From Amoebidium appalachense (lineage: Eukaryota; Protista; Ichthyosporea): 64,000 nt of DNA. This document shows positions 1-14,509 of the stretch, piece after piece. Position 1 is the first letter of the stretch. Each line of letters begins with the position of its first letter. Under the pieces are notes generated by a model. The model did not search any database, was not told the origin of the DNA, and saw nothing but the letters and a program-made list of their open reading frames with translations. The position numbers were made by a program, and so were the translations under genes. Where the stretch lies: contig CAVNZM010000009.1 of assembly GCA_963693365.1 (NCBI GenBank), positions 3,102,231 through 3,166,230 on the forward strand. The letters are read 5' to 3'.

Positions 1-135
1 TGCAATTCGAAGTACCAAATGTGTAATTATCGGTTTATGTATACATCCATCCGCCCAATCAAACATCTGAACAATACACTTTTTGCACTCCATTGACGAA
101 ACGTAAATACGATCGAGCGAGCATATCTTGCGTGT

Positions 136-270
136 TTAGGCGTGTTTGGCGCGCCATAATCGTATTATCGCCCCTAAATACGCATACCTCAAAATAATTT
201 TATGAATACGATTCATCGTCTTTTCGCACAATAATACGAATACGATTATTTTCGGCTGCCAAACACGCCC
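136..270. mobile_element. Right end of a PIF/Harbinger-type MITE or element (left end not identified in window)
   Basis: Ends in GCTGCCAAACACGCCC followed by TTA (271-273). About 135 bp are clearly homologous to the right end of the complete element at 25466-25951. Confidence 0.7.
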
Positions 271-523
271 TTACCTATCTATCGGCCGCGGATTGGCCTC
301 GTGATACATAGGTGTTTGTGCGACGTGTGTGTGTTTGTGTGCCTCCACACGTGTGCGTGCGTGTTAACTTCGTGTGGGGGTGCGCTTTTGTGTACACATG
401 TGTGGGTGTGCTTTGTGTGTACATGTGTGCGTGTGTACTATGTACTCGTGTGTGTATGTGTGGGGGTGGGTACGTGTGTGCTGGTGTGTGTGTGTGTGGT
501 GGTGGTGGTGGGGGGGGGGGGGT

Positions 524-557
<34 letters not shown>

Positions 558-1179
558 GGGACGTAAGGGCCAATTCTTGTTAAAAAAAAAAAAAAAAAGG
601 AGGGAGGGCCGGGAAGGAGGGGGGGGGAGGGGGGTCGTCAGAGTCATCGAAAAGAAAAAAAAATCCCAAAATTCCCAAATTACGTCTGCAGAGATTTATT
701 GAAATGAGCGCTACAAGCGACTCTGACATTCACTAATACATGATATTAAACCAACCATTGCATATTTGCTTAAAATAGCACTCATATCAGCACTGCCTGC
801 AGCCCGAGTTGAAGATTTTAACCAAAACATTCGAACAACTACAGCATGGTATGACCGGCACACCACACCTTATACACGCTCAGGTCATTTAGATTAAAAA
901 TACTTCAAACTATGATATTAATTAATAGGCATTATAATACTCTTGTTAGGACTTCAAAAGGAATTACATCACAAAGCTACAATTTTCTGAAATTCTGGCA
1001 TTGGAATAAACTTTTTTGACGGTTGAGTAGGTTGAAAACCCTCCACACAACCTTTTTCATCCTACTATAAATACGTCTTGCCGCATATGTCTTCATCACA
1101 AACCACTACCCAAGCCCCGCCACTATCCACCCGTTATCTCGACAGGCAGTACATCACCTTAGCCCTATCCCTGGTTTAT

Positions 1180-2232
1180 CTATCGGCGAGTATATCTATC
1201 GGCCGTTGGGAGAGGGGGGCTGTTGACGGTACGGGAGGGGTTCTTTGTCTTGACTGGGGACTCTTCGTCGGGGGTTTTTTCAGCGTCCAGGTAGCAATTT
1301 GCAGTGTCGCAGTATTTCTCGGGCCGGACCTCGTTGGAGGCGGCACCCCACTTGATAGGCTTAACCCAGTTCCTGGAAAATGAAAAAAGGGGGGTTAGAG
1401 ACATAGGTTTATGATAGCAAGATGGCGAAATTAAACCTATGTATTATACTATGATCAAAAAGAAAAACTTGCAAGAGTTGTTAGATGTAAGAGCACGCGT
1501 GCATGACATGCCCATGTATGGTAAGAGGGGGCGCAAAGAGGAATGCATGCTCACCTCAGGAATTCATATTTCTCTCCGTCGATGGCCTCATAGGGCATCT
1601 GTGGGTAGGCACCGTGGTCGAGGGCTGGGAGGAAGGAGACACCTGCAAACAGTATCCCCAAATCAGTCCATTTGTTGGAACATACACGAAATGAGCACAG
1701 AAACAAACACATAATGCAACATAGCAAGTCTATTGGCACGGCAAGGTTAAGGGAAAGGATGTGGCAACGGCATAGTCCTTGAACAAGGAAAAGGAGGGAA
1801 GCTCAGGGTGTGGGCAAGGATGGAGTGATGGTTTTGTGTGTGTGTAATGGTGTGTGTGTGTGTCTGTGTAAGGGCAGAGGGGGGGGGGAGGGGAGGGGGG
1901 GGGGAGAGAGAGAGAAACAGAGAGAGAGAGAGAGAGAGAGAGAGGAGGAGGGGGGGGAGGGGGAGGGGGGAGGGCAGGGGGTAGGAACACGTACCCTTTA
2001 GGTGGTATTGGAAGTAGCTGAGTGCATGAGTCAGCTGGTTTGCCTCCGTCTTGGGGTTAAACGTGACGGTGCATGAGACCTGGTTGTCTGCCCAGTGGCG
2101 CTGCATGAAGGCAGCCAGTGACAGCTGCTCCCACATGGAAACCTCGTCCAGTGACCGGATGCCGGGGCCAAAGTCGATGGGGAAAGAGACCACCTTGGTG
2201 TTCTTGCTCTCTGTGGGGTGGGAAGGGAAGGG

Positions 2233-2274
<42 letters not shown>

Positions 2275-2467
2275 TGCGTGTTTGCATTTTAACCTCATAA
2301 GGGACTAGGGGGTGGGGGGAGGGGGAGGGGGCAAGCAATGATTGGATGAGAGGGGGGTTGACGGTATGTGAGTGTGCATGTGCACCTGTGTGTTTGTGTG
2401 GGAAGGGGAGGGCGGGGGGGGAGGGGGGGGGGAGGGGGGGTGGAGAAGAGAGAGATAGAAAAAGAGA

Positions 2468-2526
<59 letters not shown>

Positions 2527-2852
2527 CTCACCAAAAGCATCCTCCACATCATATCCAGCCTTGATGAGCGGCGGAAGAAGCTCCGAGTCGGCAGACACAC
2601 GCACGCGACGGATGGCATAGCGGCTGTGGGGGTAGTGGAGACCAGGGGTGGCACCGGCAAGGAGGGACACGGACCCACTGGGCTTGACACTGGTGGTCTT
2701 GATGGAGAGGGGGACAGCAAACATCTCGGATACCCTGTGAAAGGAGAAGTGGTTGTTGGTTTTTGGTTCTTACTTTGGTTGTGTTCTTTAGGCACGTGGT
2801 TTTGCTTTTCTTGCTTTCGGCATTTTTGACCACAAAAGGGAGGGAGGAGCAG

Positions 2853-2883
<31 letters not shown>

Positions 2884-3384
2884 ATGCAGACCAAAAGCGC
2901 ACAAAAGCAGAAAAGGTGGTGACCAACGAAGAAAAGGTGTTTGTGAATTTGTGTGTGTCTGTGTGTCTGTGTCTGTGTCTGTGTGTATGTGTGTGCGTGT
3001 GTGTGCGCGCAATACGTACTTTATGTCCGTCTCCTGGATCTTGTCATATCCCGCCTCGCACCACACCCTCAGTGCCTCCATACCGTGTGCACTTATGAAC
3101 TGAGCAATGCCAGACATGCTGCAGCCAACACGGCGGTTGCGGAGCATCACACGGTTGGACTCGGGCCAGTGCGTACCTCCTGCAAAAGGTACAGTGTGCA
3201 TGTGTGAGTTTCGAGAGGGAAACTAAGTTTGAAGGAGGGAAACACAAAATATACAGTATATGCGGAAGAGAGAAAAAAGGTATTGTTAAAGGGTGGGTTG
3301 TACGAAGGTACAGAGAAGTGAGGCTGGCCCGGGGTAGGAATAAAGGTGTCTGCGTGTGCACGTGTTCTTTTGTGTGTGTGTGTG

Positions 3385-3415
<31 letters not shown>

Positions 3416-4821
3416 AGGGGGGGGTTGGGAGGGAGGAGGAGGGGAGGGCAAACAACACATACCAAGAGTAACGGTTTTGGCGTAGAGGAAAGCACTCTCG
3501 AGCGTAGCCAGGAAATCATCCAAAGACTCATGTCTGTAAGGGAACGTCTCGACCAAACAGCACAGTTCGTACGGTTCAAGCGTCTGTTCAAGGCACGGGT
3601 TTCCACCCTCTGCCCTCCAGTCCTTGTTGTCGACTACACCGTTCATACGGCTGTACTTTTGCATGTTGTCCAGCCAGGCAAACCCGGGCTCACCGTTCTC
3701 GGTGATGCGGGCACAAACCGGGCCGTAGTCCATACCGAGCTTGGCATACACCTGTGGTAGAAAGAAGAAGATTTATGAATAAATACGCTATCATAATGGG
3801 AAACATTAGAGAAATCTCTCATCTAAACTGAATTGTGCAGGGAGGAAAGTAGGAGATGCAGGCTGTGTGTATGTCTGTGTCTGTGTGTTTGTGATGGTGG
3901 TGGTGGTTGAGCCAAAAAAATGAATGGATACGCACTAGAGGCAGTCAAGAGGGAAGGTGGGGTGGGGGGGTGGGGTGGGGGTGGGTGGGTGGGGGGGGGG
4001 GGGGGGGGGGGGGGGGGGGAGTGGGGGGAGTTCTATACCGAGTTGTTGCTGGTCCACCCATAGGCCATGCGGTGGGGGTTCTTAGTGTAATTCTTGAGGT
4101 CCAGGTATTCCTCGTCATCAGCCTCACCAAACGCAATCTCGGCGGCGCGGCGCACGTTGCCAGACACCACACAGCGGCCAATCAAATTCATGATGTCGGC
4201 AATGCCCGTCACGGATATGCCCTTGCCCGCGGCAACCTCACGATCCAGCACCTAAAAATACCACCAATCATTATTATCCTTTAAAACAAACCACCAATCA
4301 GCATTGCCCATTAACAAAATGGTATCCACAATATTTGCCAGTTTGTGTTTCCCGAGACCAAAATAAAAGCCACTAGAGCTTTTCAGACCCGTCCAAGTGC
4401 AAATTAGGCAAATGCCACACCCAAATATGGCAAGTTTAAACATGCACCCACCTCCTTCACAGACGTGTGCAGGTCAATAAGTGGCTGGGGTCCACCCGAG
4501 ACACCCCCGAAGCCCTTGATTGGCTCGCCAGCGGGGCGGATGGCTGAATAGTCGAATTCGATTGGTGCACCACCCTCAAAGTACGAGTCAAGAAGTTGGC
4601 GGAGAGACTCAACCCACCCTGAGGGTAAATCGTGTTAGATATAGCCTCGTGTAATTCGTGTGATTTTGCTAACGAAAAATTGTGGTTCGGGTGCAAAAGA
4701 AAAAACTGTACAAATTGCGGGTGTGTGGGAAATGGATAGCAAAGTGGTGGTGGTTTATGTGTGTGTTTTTATGTTGTGTGTGTGTGTATGTGTGCGTGTG
4801 TGTGGTGGTGGTGGTGGTGGT

Positions 4822-4890
<69 letters not shown>

Positions 4891-5241
4891 GGGGGGCAAG
4901 GTAGGTTACCTTCACGGGTGTCTGGGATGAGGTAGCTGACGGGGGCAGCAGAGGTGCAAAGACCCTTGAGTGGGGCACCGGCACCCTTTGTGTCGAAGCC
5001 AACACCCACACTGTGTGCACACACAGTTAGCACCGTTAAGAGGCACATTAACGTGGTGATAGGCTCGATTCATCTCCTAGTGCCTTTGTTTTCACTCCTT
5101 GCCTATACCGTATTAATTCTTGCCCATTCAAGACAAGCACAAACAGAAAACAAGGGGAAATCGATAGTAGTAAGAGAGTGCAAAAACAAGCAACGTGAAA
5201 CCAGAAGCAGGGAAACCAAGAGCGAAAAAACATAGACACAC

Positions 5242-5272
<31 letters not shown>

Positions 5273-5277
5273 AGAGG

Positions 5278-5342
<65 letters not shown>

Positions 5343-6387
5343 ACCCGAGCATGGTAGCGTCCATCAGGAAGACGAAGGGCTTTGACTTTGGCTCCTTGTC
5401 GTGTTTCAGACCCTTTGTGCTGACAAAGGCACAGTTGTTAAGGGCAGCACACAGGTTCTTCTCCTCGGTGAGAGGGGAGCCCATAGCCCACAGACCTGTA
5501 TGGAGGAGGGGAAAAAAGGTGAGTGGGTGTTTGTGCGTGTGTGTGCGTGTGTGCGTGTGTGTGTGTGTGTGTGTGTGAAAAGAGGAAGGGAAAGGGCAAG
5601 CAAAGGATAAAACACTTGTTGGGTGGCCAATATCAAGCGCACACTTGTACTTGCTCTCCCACGTTTGTTTTATGGCCCTCTTCCCATGGGACGCACACAC
5701 AATTTACAAGCAGCACAACAGTGAGGCACGCAAAGATCCCACAGGTGAACACAACATGCATGAAGTGAAGAAGGAGAACAAGCAACCGAAACAGTAAGAC
5801 ATACCACGGCCGGGGGGCATAAACTTCATGTTGTAGATCCGGTCGTACATATCCTCGGCCTTCTTCTGTGCGTCCTTGTGGTCCCACCCGAGGCCGCTGG
5901 ACTCACACCACCGGCGCTGCAGAGCAAACGTGCCCTCCACCACACGCTGAATGGTCTCATACCTGCAGGGAAAAGAAGGCGTTTTAGTGTTGGTTAACAC
6001 TACTAACACTGGACTACTAGGTGTGTTTTCTCCTAAAAGGCATAAAGTGACCTAGATCTTTGAAGAAAAGTGCAAGGCAACCTATTGAGAAGACAAGCAA
6101 ACAACCAATCACTCTACCTATACCTGTGCACTGTGCATAAACACTTAGCCAGAACCAAATAACACACGAATTAGGACCAGGAAACATGCAGCCACCTCGA
6201 AGTGTCAAAAAAACAAAGAAGAAAGGGAGGAAGAGAAAACGAAAAGAACCTACCAGGTCTCGTTTGTTCCATCCTCCTTGCGCCGGGCGTATGTGCGACG
6301 GTAGACAAGCTCACCCAGACCGTTGAAGCCAAAGGGAGGCTGCTGGTCGCGGTACTGAGCGATGAAAGATTCACTGAGAACAGCCAT
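1180..6387 (-). CDS. nrdJ: Class II adenosylcobalamin-dependent ribonucleotide reductase, monomeric RTPR/NrdJ type, 12 exons
   Basis: Exons join in frame across GT-AG introns: MAVLSESFIAQYRDQQPPFGFNGLGELVYRRTYAR..ETW|YETIQRVVEG..KFMPPGRG|LWAMGS..AALNNCAFVST..MLG|VGVGFDT..IPDTREG|WVESL..DYSAIRPAGEPIKGFGGVSGGP..|..GRCVVSGNVRRAAEI..SNNS|..NGEPG..GGNPCLEQTLEPYELCCLVE..|..RNRRVGCSMSG|..TTSVKPSGSVSLLAG..|..WADNQVSCTVTF..|VSFLP..AYPQMPYEAI|..KYCDTANC. The NPCxE catalytic motif, the KPSG motif and the C-terminal Cys pair are present. Confidence 0.93.
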
Positions 6388-6559
6388 GTTTGGTTGGTGT
6401 GTGTGGTTGGGGTTCAAAAATCCCAGACCGGATAGTCACCTACAAGAGGGAAAAGTAGTGCTAGCAAAAGGAAGAGAAACGGAGCGGCGCGGTGAAGGAG
6501 AGAGAAGGAGAAGTGAAGACGAAAGCGAATTCTGTTGTTGTGTGCGCGCCGGGGGCTGG

Positions 6560-6567
6560 CTTTTATA
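6560..6567 (-). promoter_or_regulatory. TATA box (TATAAAAG) upstream of the RNR gene
   Basis: Consensus TATAAAAG on the minus strand about 175 bp upstream of the ATG at 6387. Confidence 0.45.
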
Positions 6568-8128
6568 CGCGCACAGTGGAGAGAGTAACCGTTGAAGAAA
6601 GCGCGCCATCGTACAGTCTGGAAGGCAACGACACAGAAAAGAACACGACGGACCATTTTTCGTGTGCATGTTCACGTCTTGCACTCGTCCGGGAAAAATG
6701 GGGATCTGTCGATGATAGGTTTAGAATATGTGATAATGGACGAATGGAATCTGTGAAAAAGGATGGCGGTTGGGCTACCTGACTGTTGAGTTGAATTTAT
6801 ATAGACTAATTTAGCATTATGGCTTAAATAACATGTTTATAAACTAGCCTATATGGTGATAGCTACTGTATTTGGCTTTTTTTGTGTGGATATTTTACAA
6901 AATTGTTGCTGAAATATACCTGAAACAAAATGTGCGATCACTGACGAAATAACTTTATAAACCAATCATATCTATTTAGTTGTAACCGTTACTCTCCATC
7001 TACTGATTGGCGGACAAATTCCAATCAGATGTGCTCTGGATTCGAGTGACGTGAACATGTCACCATTACCAACATGGACGCCGCGGCCAAAAAAATACTG
7101 TTTGCCATAATACATGACCAATGCAGAGTATGTGATTACATAAAGCTCATAAAACGTATTATACATAAAATAATAATTTTCCTGGGGTTTTTATCATTAT
7201 AGGTTTGTCCGGTTTGTCCGTTGAATACATGAGCCTAGATAGGCGCGAACTCGAAGGGTGCCGCTTGGCCGGAAGTTGATGTCTTCACCTGATTGGCTGC
7301 ATTCTTTGTAGCGAAACTGACCGTTATATTTTTCGTTTGCCCCGACAGAAATACCAGCATTTAACAACCCAATTCTCTCAGAAAACTACAAATTTACGCA
7401 CTATACTATTTTTGTAGCTTATTTAGTAATATTAGAAACAAAGCCTAGTAATCAAGTCATGTTTCTGCTTTTCTTTCCTTGGCCGCTTTTGCCCTTTTGC
7501 TCTAAAGCTGAAATACAATCATACTTCAAGAAAATCATGTAGGCGGGATCACCAACCTGTTCAAAATTTTAGAATTCGCCTCCACATGCTACTTTTTCTG
7601 CAGGTCACGTCCGTGACAAGTTCCGAATTCGATCTAAAGGCAAAGAACAAAACAAATGCAACTACATATTCTACAGCTCAACTGTCGTATAGCTTCTAAT
7701 ATTTATTGAATTTCCTAAAAAATAATCTGCGCATGGCCAGGGTATCATGAGAATAGGCATTAAAAACAGTTAGCGCTTCACAGAGCCGCTACTACTAGTA
7801 CTAGTAGCTGAGGTCGGAGAGCCCCTGAGACTTGAACCGATTCCTATATGACGTCACATCGAGTAACGGCGGGCCATCAAGTTGATTCGACACCTCCATC
7901 GAATGACAACCAAACGAAGTCATTCACATCAACAAAAACGCGTTTGTGTATTTTCGAGTCCCCACCTTGTTCTTCCTCTCGCTCCAAGCTGCTACTGGTT
8001 ATCCCCCTCGTTTCTCTTTTTCTTTTTTGCTTATCACTGCGCGGTTTAAAAAAGCCTCCTTCGATTGTGTTCTCTAGGCTCTAGCTTGTATTCATGCTTC
8101 TTTCTAACCTCAAACATTCGTAAACAAG

Positions 8129-8380
8129 ATGTCCAAGTCTTGCGATTCCCCGACTTCCAGTGTTTGCACTGACCCGCCGACCACCATACACGCACGTGCG
8201 CGGGTACCAGGTGGGTTCCGTTTCTGCTTTGCGTGTGGGTAAACTAAGAGCTTCTTTTAACAAGGGCGTGCAGTTCGTGTGTGTGTGTGTGTGCGTCTTT
8301 GGAAGGAGGGGGGGGGGGGGGGTTTGTAATGAAGAGGGGGGAGTGAAGAGGCCAGGGGAAGGGGGGCGAGTTGCGGGGAG

Positions 8381-8427
<47 letters not shown>

Positions 8428-9029
8428 TTGGAGCAAAAGGCGGCGTTGCTAATAGGAGGAATCTGGGAGAGGTACCACCGTACTTTGAATTGTAAATGAT
8501 CATGCACTTGGCGATCGAGAGAATGGCCACTAAGAAACAGGGAGGAGAGGGAACGAGAGAGCGAGGTGTTTGGGGCTAGAAAAGAGGGGCAGATGATATT
8601 TGCACTACGAAGAGTTAAAGTCGTGGTGTGATGGGTAGCGAGACTTTGGACGGACCAGCGTGTGCTGGTGGGGGAAATGGCGGTCCGGGTGAGAAGAGGG
8701 GGGGGAGGCAGTGAAACAGAAACATTTTTCAGAAAATGCAATAATGTGGGCTGAGGAATGAGGCTGGTCGTTATTGGACGACCTTTGTTTTTGTTTTGCA
8801 CTTTCTATTTGAAGGTGTTTTGTATTTGCCTGAATAACTACGTTTGTGTAGTTGTGTGTGTGTGTGTTTGGAGGAAAGGGAGGGGAGGGGGGGAGGGGGG
8901 GGGACTGGGCTGCATGTACCGTATACGTGCTAAAAAATATGAAAAGGTCCTGGGGGCTGCCAGGAAGTTCCTCAGGCGTATAGGAAGGAGAGGGGGGGAG
9001 GGGGGAATATGGGAACAGAAGGGAGGGGT

Positions 9030-9060
<31 letters not shown>

Positions 9061-9834
9061 GGAGGTTGTTTTCTGTGTGTGTGTTTTTTTTTCTTTTGGG
9101 GAAGAGAGAAGGGGACGGGGGGGGGGGGGGGGGGGGGGGGGGAGAATGTGCCCGCTCGTCTGCAAAGGATCCAAATCAAATACAATCCATAAAGAAGCAT
9201 GTGGGAAGGGTGTTTCTTTCTTCCTTCTTTAAAACATTGTCTTTTTCTTTCGTTCTTTTTTATTTGCTTGGGGGGTGGAAGGGGTTGGAGGAGGTGGAGG
9301 GAAAGGGGGGGGGGGGGGGGGGGGGGGGGGGGAGGGGGGGGGGGGCGGCTTGCTGATACATTGATTAGAAAGAAATATGATGGGGAACAGATGTTAAGGT
9401 GGCTCTGCAAAAGGGGGGGGGGGGGGGGGGGGGGGGGGGAAGGGATGGGGAGGAGAATGCTGAAACATTGTGGGAACACTCAGTTGCAAGTTGAGAATGG
9501 CCTATTACATTCCTAACCATCCCCACCGCCCACCACCAACACATCCCCGTCAAACCATTACGTTTTCCTTCACATTTTTTTACCTCCCCCCCCCCCCCCC
9601 CCCCCCTCCCCCCCCCCCCCCAATGGAAAAAAAAAAATCCTTTTTCTTCTTTTGGCCGGGTGCAGCCGTTGGCGTGCTGATAGCGTTTGGGCTGGGTTTT
9701 GTGATTGCTGCGCTGCTATTGGTCAACGTGGTGGGGGTTTATCTGATCCGATCACAGGCAGTGTCGACAGGTGAGAGGGTTTTTTTTGTTTGTTTGTTTG
9801 TTTTATTATTCTGAGGTTCTTTTGGATTTCAATT

Positions 9835-9884
<50 letters not shown>

Positions 9885-10854
9885 TGTGATCACGAAAAGG
9901 GGCCTTTTAGGAAGGAAATGCACCCTTTACTCTCTTGGCACGTGATTTTACTTCTCTGACACACAGTTGCTCTCCAAACACACATATGCTCTCCGTCTGT
10001 ACCTCTCTCTCTCTCCTCTCTCTCGCTCTCTGTCTCCCCCCCCCTCCCCCCACCTCTCACTCTTTCTGTCTCCCCTCCCCCCCCCCCCCCTCCCCCCCCC
10101 CTTCCTCCCTCTCTCTCTCTCTTTCTCTTGGGCACAGCCAGCCCCAGTTCCTGGTGCAGGAGGGACAGAGTGGTTGTTATAGATGTGAGCATTTCTTTTC
10201 TTTGGTGTTTCACGACTTTCTCGTTCCTTCTTCTTTCCTCTTTCTTACCCCCCCCCCCCCCCCCTCCCCCCTCCCCCCTTTGGGGGGGGAGGGAGGGAGG
10301 GATATGCACTGTTATGAACTCGGCTCATGATGTTAATTGCTTTTAGATAATGGCCCTGCCAGCTGTACGGGGCAGGAGACGAGATATATTGTGAAGGATA
10401 TCTGCACCCAGGAGAAATACGCGGTGAGTGGTGCATTCAGATACAAGGCAACATAGTTTGTTTTTTTGCGAGGTGGGGGTTTTGTAAAAATGGATGATTG
10501 GTGTTGTGTGTGTGTGTAGCCCTCCAGGAAGTGGGAGGGGAAGGGCATGGACGTGGGTGGTGTGAGGGTGAGTGGTTGTTCTTTTTTTTTGGGTGTGTGT
10601 AGGGGGAAGGGGGGGAGGGGATGTTGGTGTGTGTGTGTGGGTGTGTGTCTGTGTCTGTGTGTGTCTGTGTGTGTGTGTGTGTGTGCGCGCGCGCTCACGT
10701 TCGAGTGTTTGGATGTGCTTGTTTTGTTTTGTTGTGTATTGAATTTTTTTCTTGTTTTTTTTTTTTTTTTTTGCTTCTTTTTTCGGTGCGGGGGTGGAGG
10801 GGTTCTGTGTGTGCGTTTTTTTTCTGTTTGTGTGGTGTGTGTGTGGGGGGGGGG

Positions 10855-10895
<41 letters not shown>

Positions 10896-11717
10896 GGGTT
10901 GAGATTAAATGGGCGTGTGAGTGGGTGTGTATGTGTTGTTTTGTTCCCTCTTTCTTGTTTTCTTTTTTTAGGTTTTTTTTTTTTTTTTTTGGGGGGGGGG
11001 GGGGGTGCTTACATGTGGGTCCAACAGTCGCTCTGCCTCGATGCGATTGGGCGGGTTGAGGACGTGGTCTACAGCACAGCAGCAGCCAATGCCCAAGGTA
11101 TAGATTACCCATGCTCACTGTGTATATTTTCCCCGTGTGGTGCATATTATTCCTCTTGTATGGTATATATTACCTATGCCCGCTGTGTATATTTCCCTTG
11201 TATATGCTTCTTAGGGCCTGGTTTCTTGCCTGCTAATAGTCAATGTATCTCGGTTTATTCCATGTCTAATGTGCCTGTTACGTGTGGTGGTGGGGTGCTT
11301 ACCATGTATGCGCCCAAAATGTGCACCAATCGGGGCAAGGCAAGATCTTGAGCTATGATTGGTTGGTGGTTCGGCTCTAACAGTTATTACCCTGAGCGAA
11401 GCAAAACTTCATATATAGATTGCACATGGGCCGGCCGGCCAATCATATGGCTGCAAAGACCTGGTATTGCGCCTATTGGTGCAAAATTTCAGTGCAAGCA
11501 TCCTGGTGTTTGTGTGACACTCGCTGCTTGCATGTGTATATTCCTTTAATGGTGGAGTGCACACCAGCGGTTTCTATGTTGACCCGTTGTGTAATGGCTT
11601 AGCATACACATTACGACTGCACCTGGACGAAAACAGACAAGTGCAAAAAGAAACAGGAAAAACAAAAGACAGAAGAACAAAAAGAGACTAGGGAAAGGGG
11701 CTCCGGCAGGGGGGGAA

Positions 11718-11748
<31 letters not shown>

Positions 11749-12574
11749 GTGCCATACTGCAACCGTATAAAGGCTGAAATATCGTCATTCCGGCTATTTC
11801 CTGATTGTGGAGCGATGGATCATTTCTTTTGCCCCGGGAGCTGAAAGTCTCACAGCAATTTCATGCTTGGTGATTTATTTTTGGTCTACTCACTGTTTGC
11901 ACGCAGATTCCGCAGTGAACTCTATCAAAAATCACGAGGCTGCACTGAAGACGGCAAATGCCACCGTGCGCATCTGGGGGGTGGATGAGAGGGACGAGGT
12001 GTGTGGGTGTGGGGGGGGTGGGTGGGTGGGGGGGGGGGGGGGAGGGGGAAGGGGGGGGGGGGTATGAGTGTGGGGTGTGGTTGAGTGCGCAGGTGTGTTC
12101 ATACACACATGTATGTGTGGGTGTGGGTGAGTGAGTGAGTGAATATGTTCTTCTGCATGTGTGTGTGTGTGTGTGTGGATGTGGGTGTGGGTGTGTGTTT
12201 TGCTGGGGGTCGATGGTTGGGTCGTTAGCCACGGTGGCTGAAGGGAGGGCGGGGCGGGGGGGGGGGGGGGGGGGGGAGGGGAGGGGGGGGGGGGGGGGGA
12301 GTAGGGTCCTGGTTGTTGCTGACAGGCCGCGGGTGTAAGGGGTTTTGGGGATTAGAGGGGTGGGTGAGTGTGGAGGGAGGAGGAGGGGTGCTGGTGTGTC
12401 TCTCTGTGTGTGGGTGGGTGTGTGTGTGTGTGGGGGGGGGAGGGAGATTGGTATGTACGCATGAGCTCGTGCATTGAGAAGCAGAGAAGGTGGGGTGAAG
12501 GGAGGCGAGAGGGGGGGGATTCGGCTGAATGGAGGTAAGTAGACAGTGGGACTGGATCTTCCCCCCTCCCCCCC

Positions 12575-12615
<41 letters not shown>

Positions 12616-12929
12616 CCCACCACGACCACGACCACCACCACCGCCACCTACACACACCTACACACACACACAGGCACACAAAGGCACAAACACACACACA
12701 CACACACACATTTTCAGGAGATTAATTTTTATTTTTTTTTGTGCAAGGGAGGGGGAGGGGGGATTGGAAGGGGGCCCCTTTGTTCTTGTATACTGATGTT
12801 TCCATATCACAGCAAGAGACCTCTCACCAAGGGTTCACCGTCAACCAAATCGTGAATGTGTTCAAGAACCCAGCATACCGTTACTCGTCAAGTGCACACC
12901 GTGCCTCCGTGGTATGTCCTCTCCTTTCC

Positions 12930-12964
<35 letters not shown>

Positions 12965-13090
12965 CCCCCATTTCCCACACACACACATACACACAGACAT
13001 GCACCTGCCTGCCTGCCCACCGCGCCCTTCCGCACCACCCTCGTGCGTTCCTGAAGGATTAACACAATTAAACGTGCACACACACACACA

Positions 13091-13148
<58 letters not shown>

Positions 13149-13185
13149 AGTACACACACACACACACACACACACACGCACGCGC

Positions 13186-13239
<54 letters not shown>

Positions 13240-13244
13240 AGTAC

Positions 13245-13315
<71 letters not shown>

Positions 13316-13789
13316 TCTAGAGAGAGAGGAAGATGAAGACAGACCTTGTCTGTAAATGTGTGTGTGTGTGTGTGTACACAGACCTATCTAGTGCCCCTTC
13401 TGCCCGTGCTCTGTTATTTAGTCTAATCCACCTCGCTTCCCATCAATCAACCCCGCGTTTTCATTCAGCACCCATGGGTTTTGCCTATATAGCCGTACAG
13501 CAAGCGGTATTACTTCACATTATTGGCTTTTCCTAGCACGTCGGGTGGGGAGCTCGCCGGTCCTGGTTTTCCTTTACATGCCTAACCTTTTTCTTTTCTT
13601 TTCTTTTCTTAACTTTCTTTCTTTCTTTCTTCTTTCTTTCTTTTCTTTTCGTTTTTTTTTTTCGTGCAGGATTGCGGAGGCTTTTCGATCAGCCTATGGC
13701 GTACGATGGATGGCCAGGCCGAGACCCAACTGGCCTACTGTGCACGTGCACTGGGCTACTATCGGGTGTGTGCCGCATTCAAGCTGTGA
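8129..13789 (+). CDS. Hypothetical type II membrane protein with Cys-rich C-terminal domain, about 9 exons
   Basis: A phase-consistent splice model gives MSKSCDSP..ARVP|AVGVLIAFGLGFVIAALLLVNVVGVYLI(TM)RSQAVST|DNGPASCTGQETRYIVKDICTQEKYA|SLCLDAIGRVEDVVY..|PGFLPANSQCISVY..|YYPERSKTSYIDCTWAGRP..|SAVNSIKNHEAALKTANATVRIWG..|QETSHQGF..|DCGGFSISLW..RVCAAFKL*. No family recognised. Confidence 0.6.
9840..9882. repeat. (TA)n microsatellite
   Basis: Direct observation. Confidence 0.95.
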
Positions 13790-14409
13790 TTGATGCTTGT
13801 TTGCCGATCAAAATGTAATATTTTTATATGTTAAATAATAGCCTGATTAGGCCGGTCTGTGCGTGATGCGGTATAGTGAAGTACTTGGACCAGGAGGTGC
13901 AGGTGGTTCGTGATTTTAAACCAATGAGGGACGAGAAAATCGTATGTTGTAATGTTTGAACTGATGTTGTGCATTTTCATAGATTGTCACTGGCAATTTT
14001 ATTGCGGTTGCAGATTCCTAGAAGTTATGCATCCGTTCTGTAACTTGCTCCACTGCTCTTCCTGTTTGGTTTTTTTGGGGGTTGTTTTTTTTTTTCTCCC
14101 TTGTGGTATTCATCTTCCCCCCCCTCCCCCCCCCCCGCCTTTTATTTTCCAGCTTCACTGCAGTCACCGTAAGCATGTGTAATTCCGGCTGATTCCAAAC
14201 ACAGGGTGGTGGGAGCTGCAATTGTAAATGAAGCTGCTCGAAGAACACCGTCTCGTCTCATACGGGCAGCAGCCCCCCCCCCCCCTGTTGCAGGAAAATC
14301 ACGTGTCCAGGAAATTCGTACTCCCCCTAAACCCCCCGTTCAGGAAAATCACGTAACCCGCTTATATGTTGGATACGTGATTTTCCTGGACCCCCCCCCC
14401 CCCGTCCTC

Positions 14410-14509
<100 letters not shown>

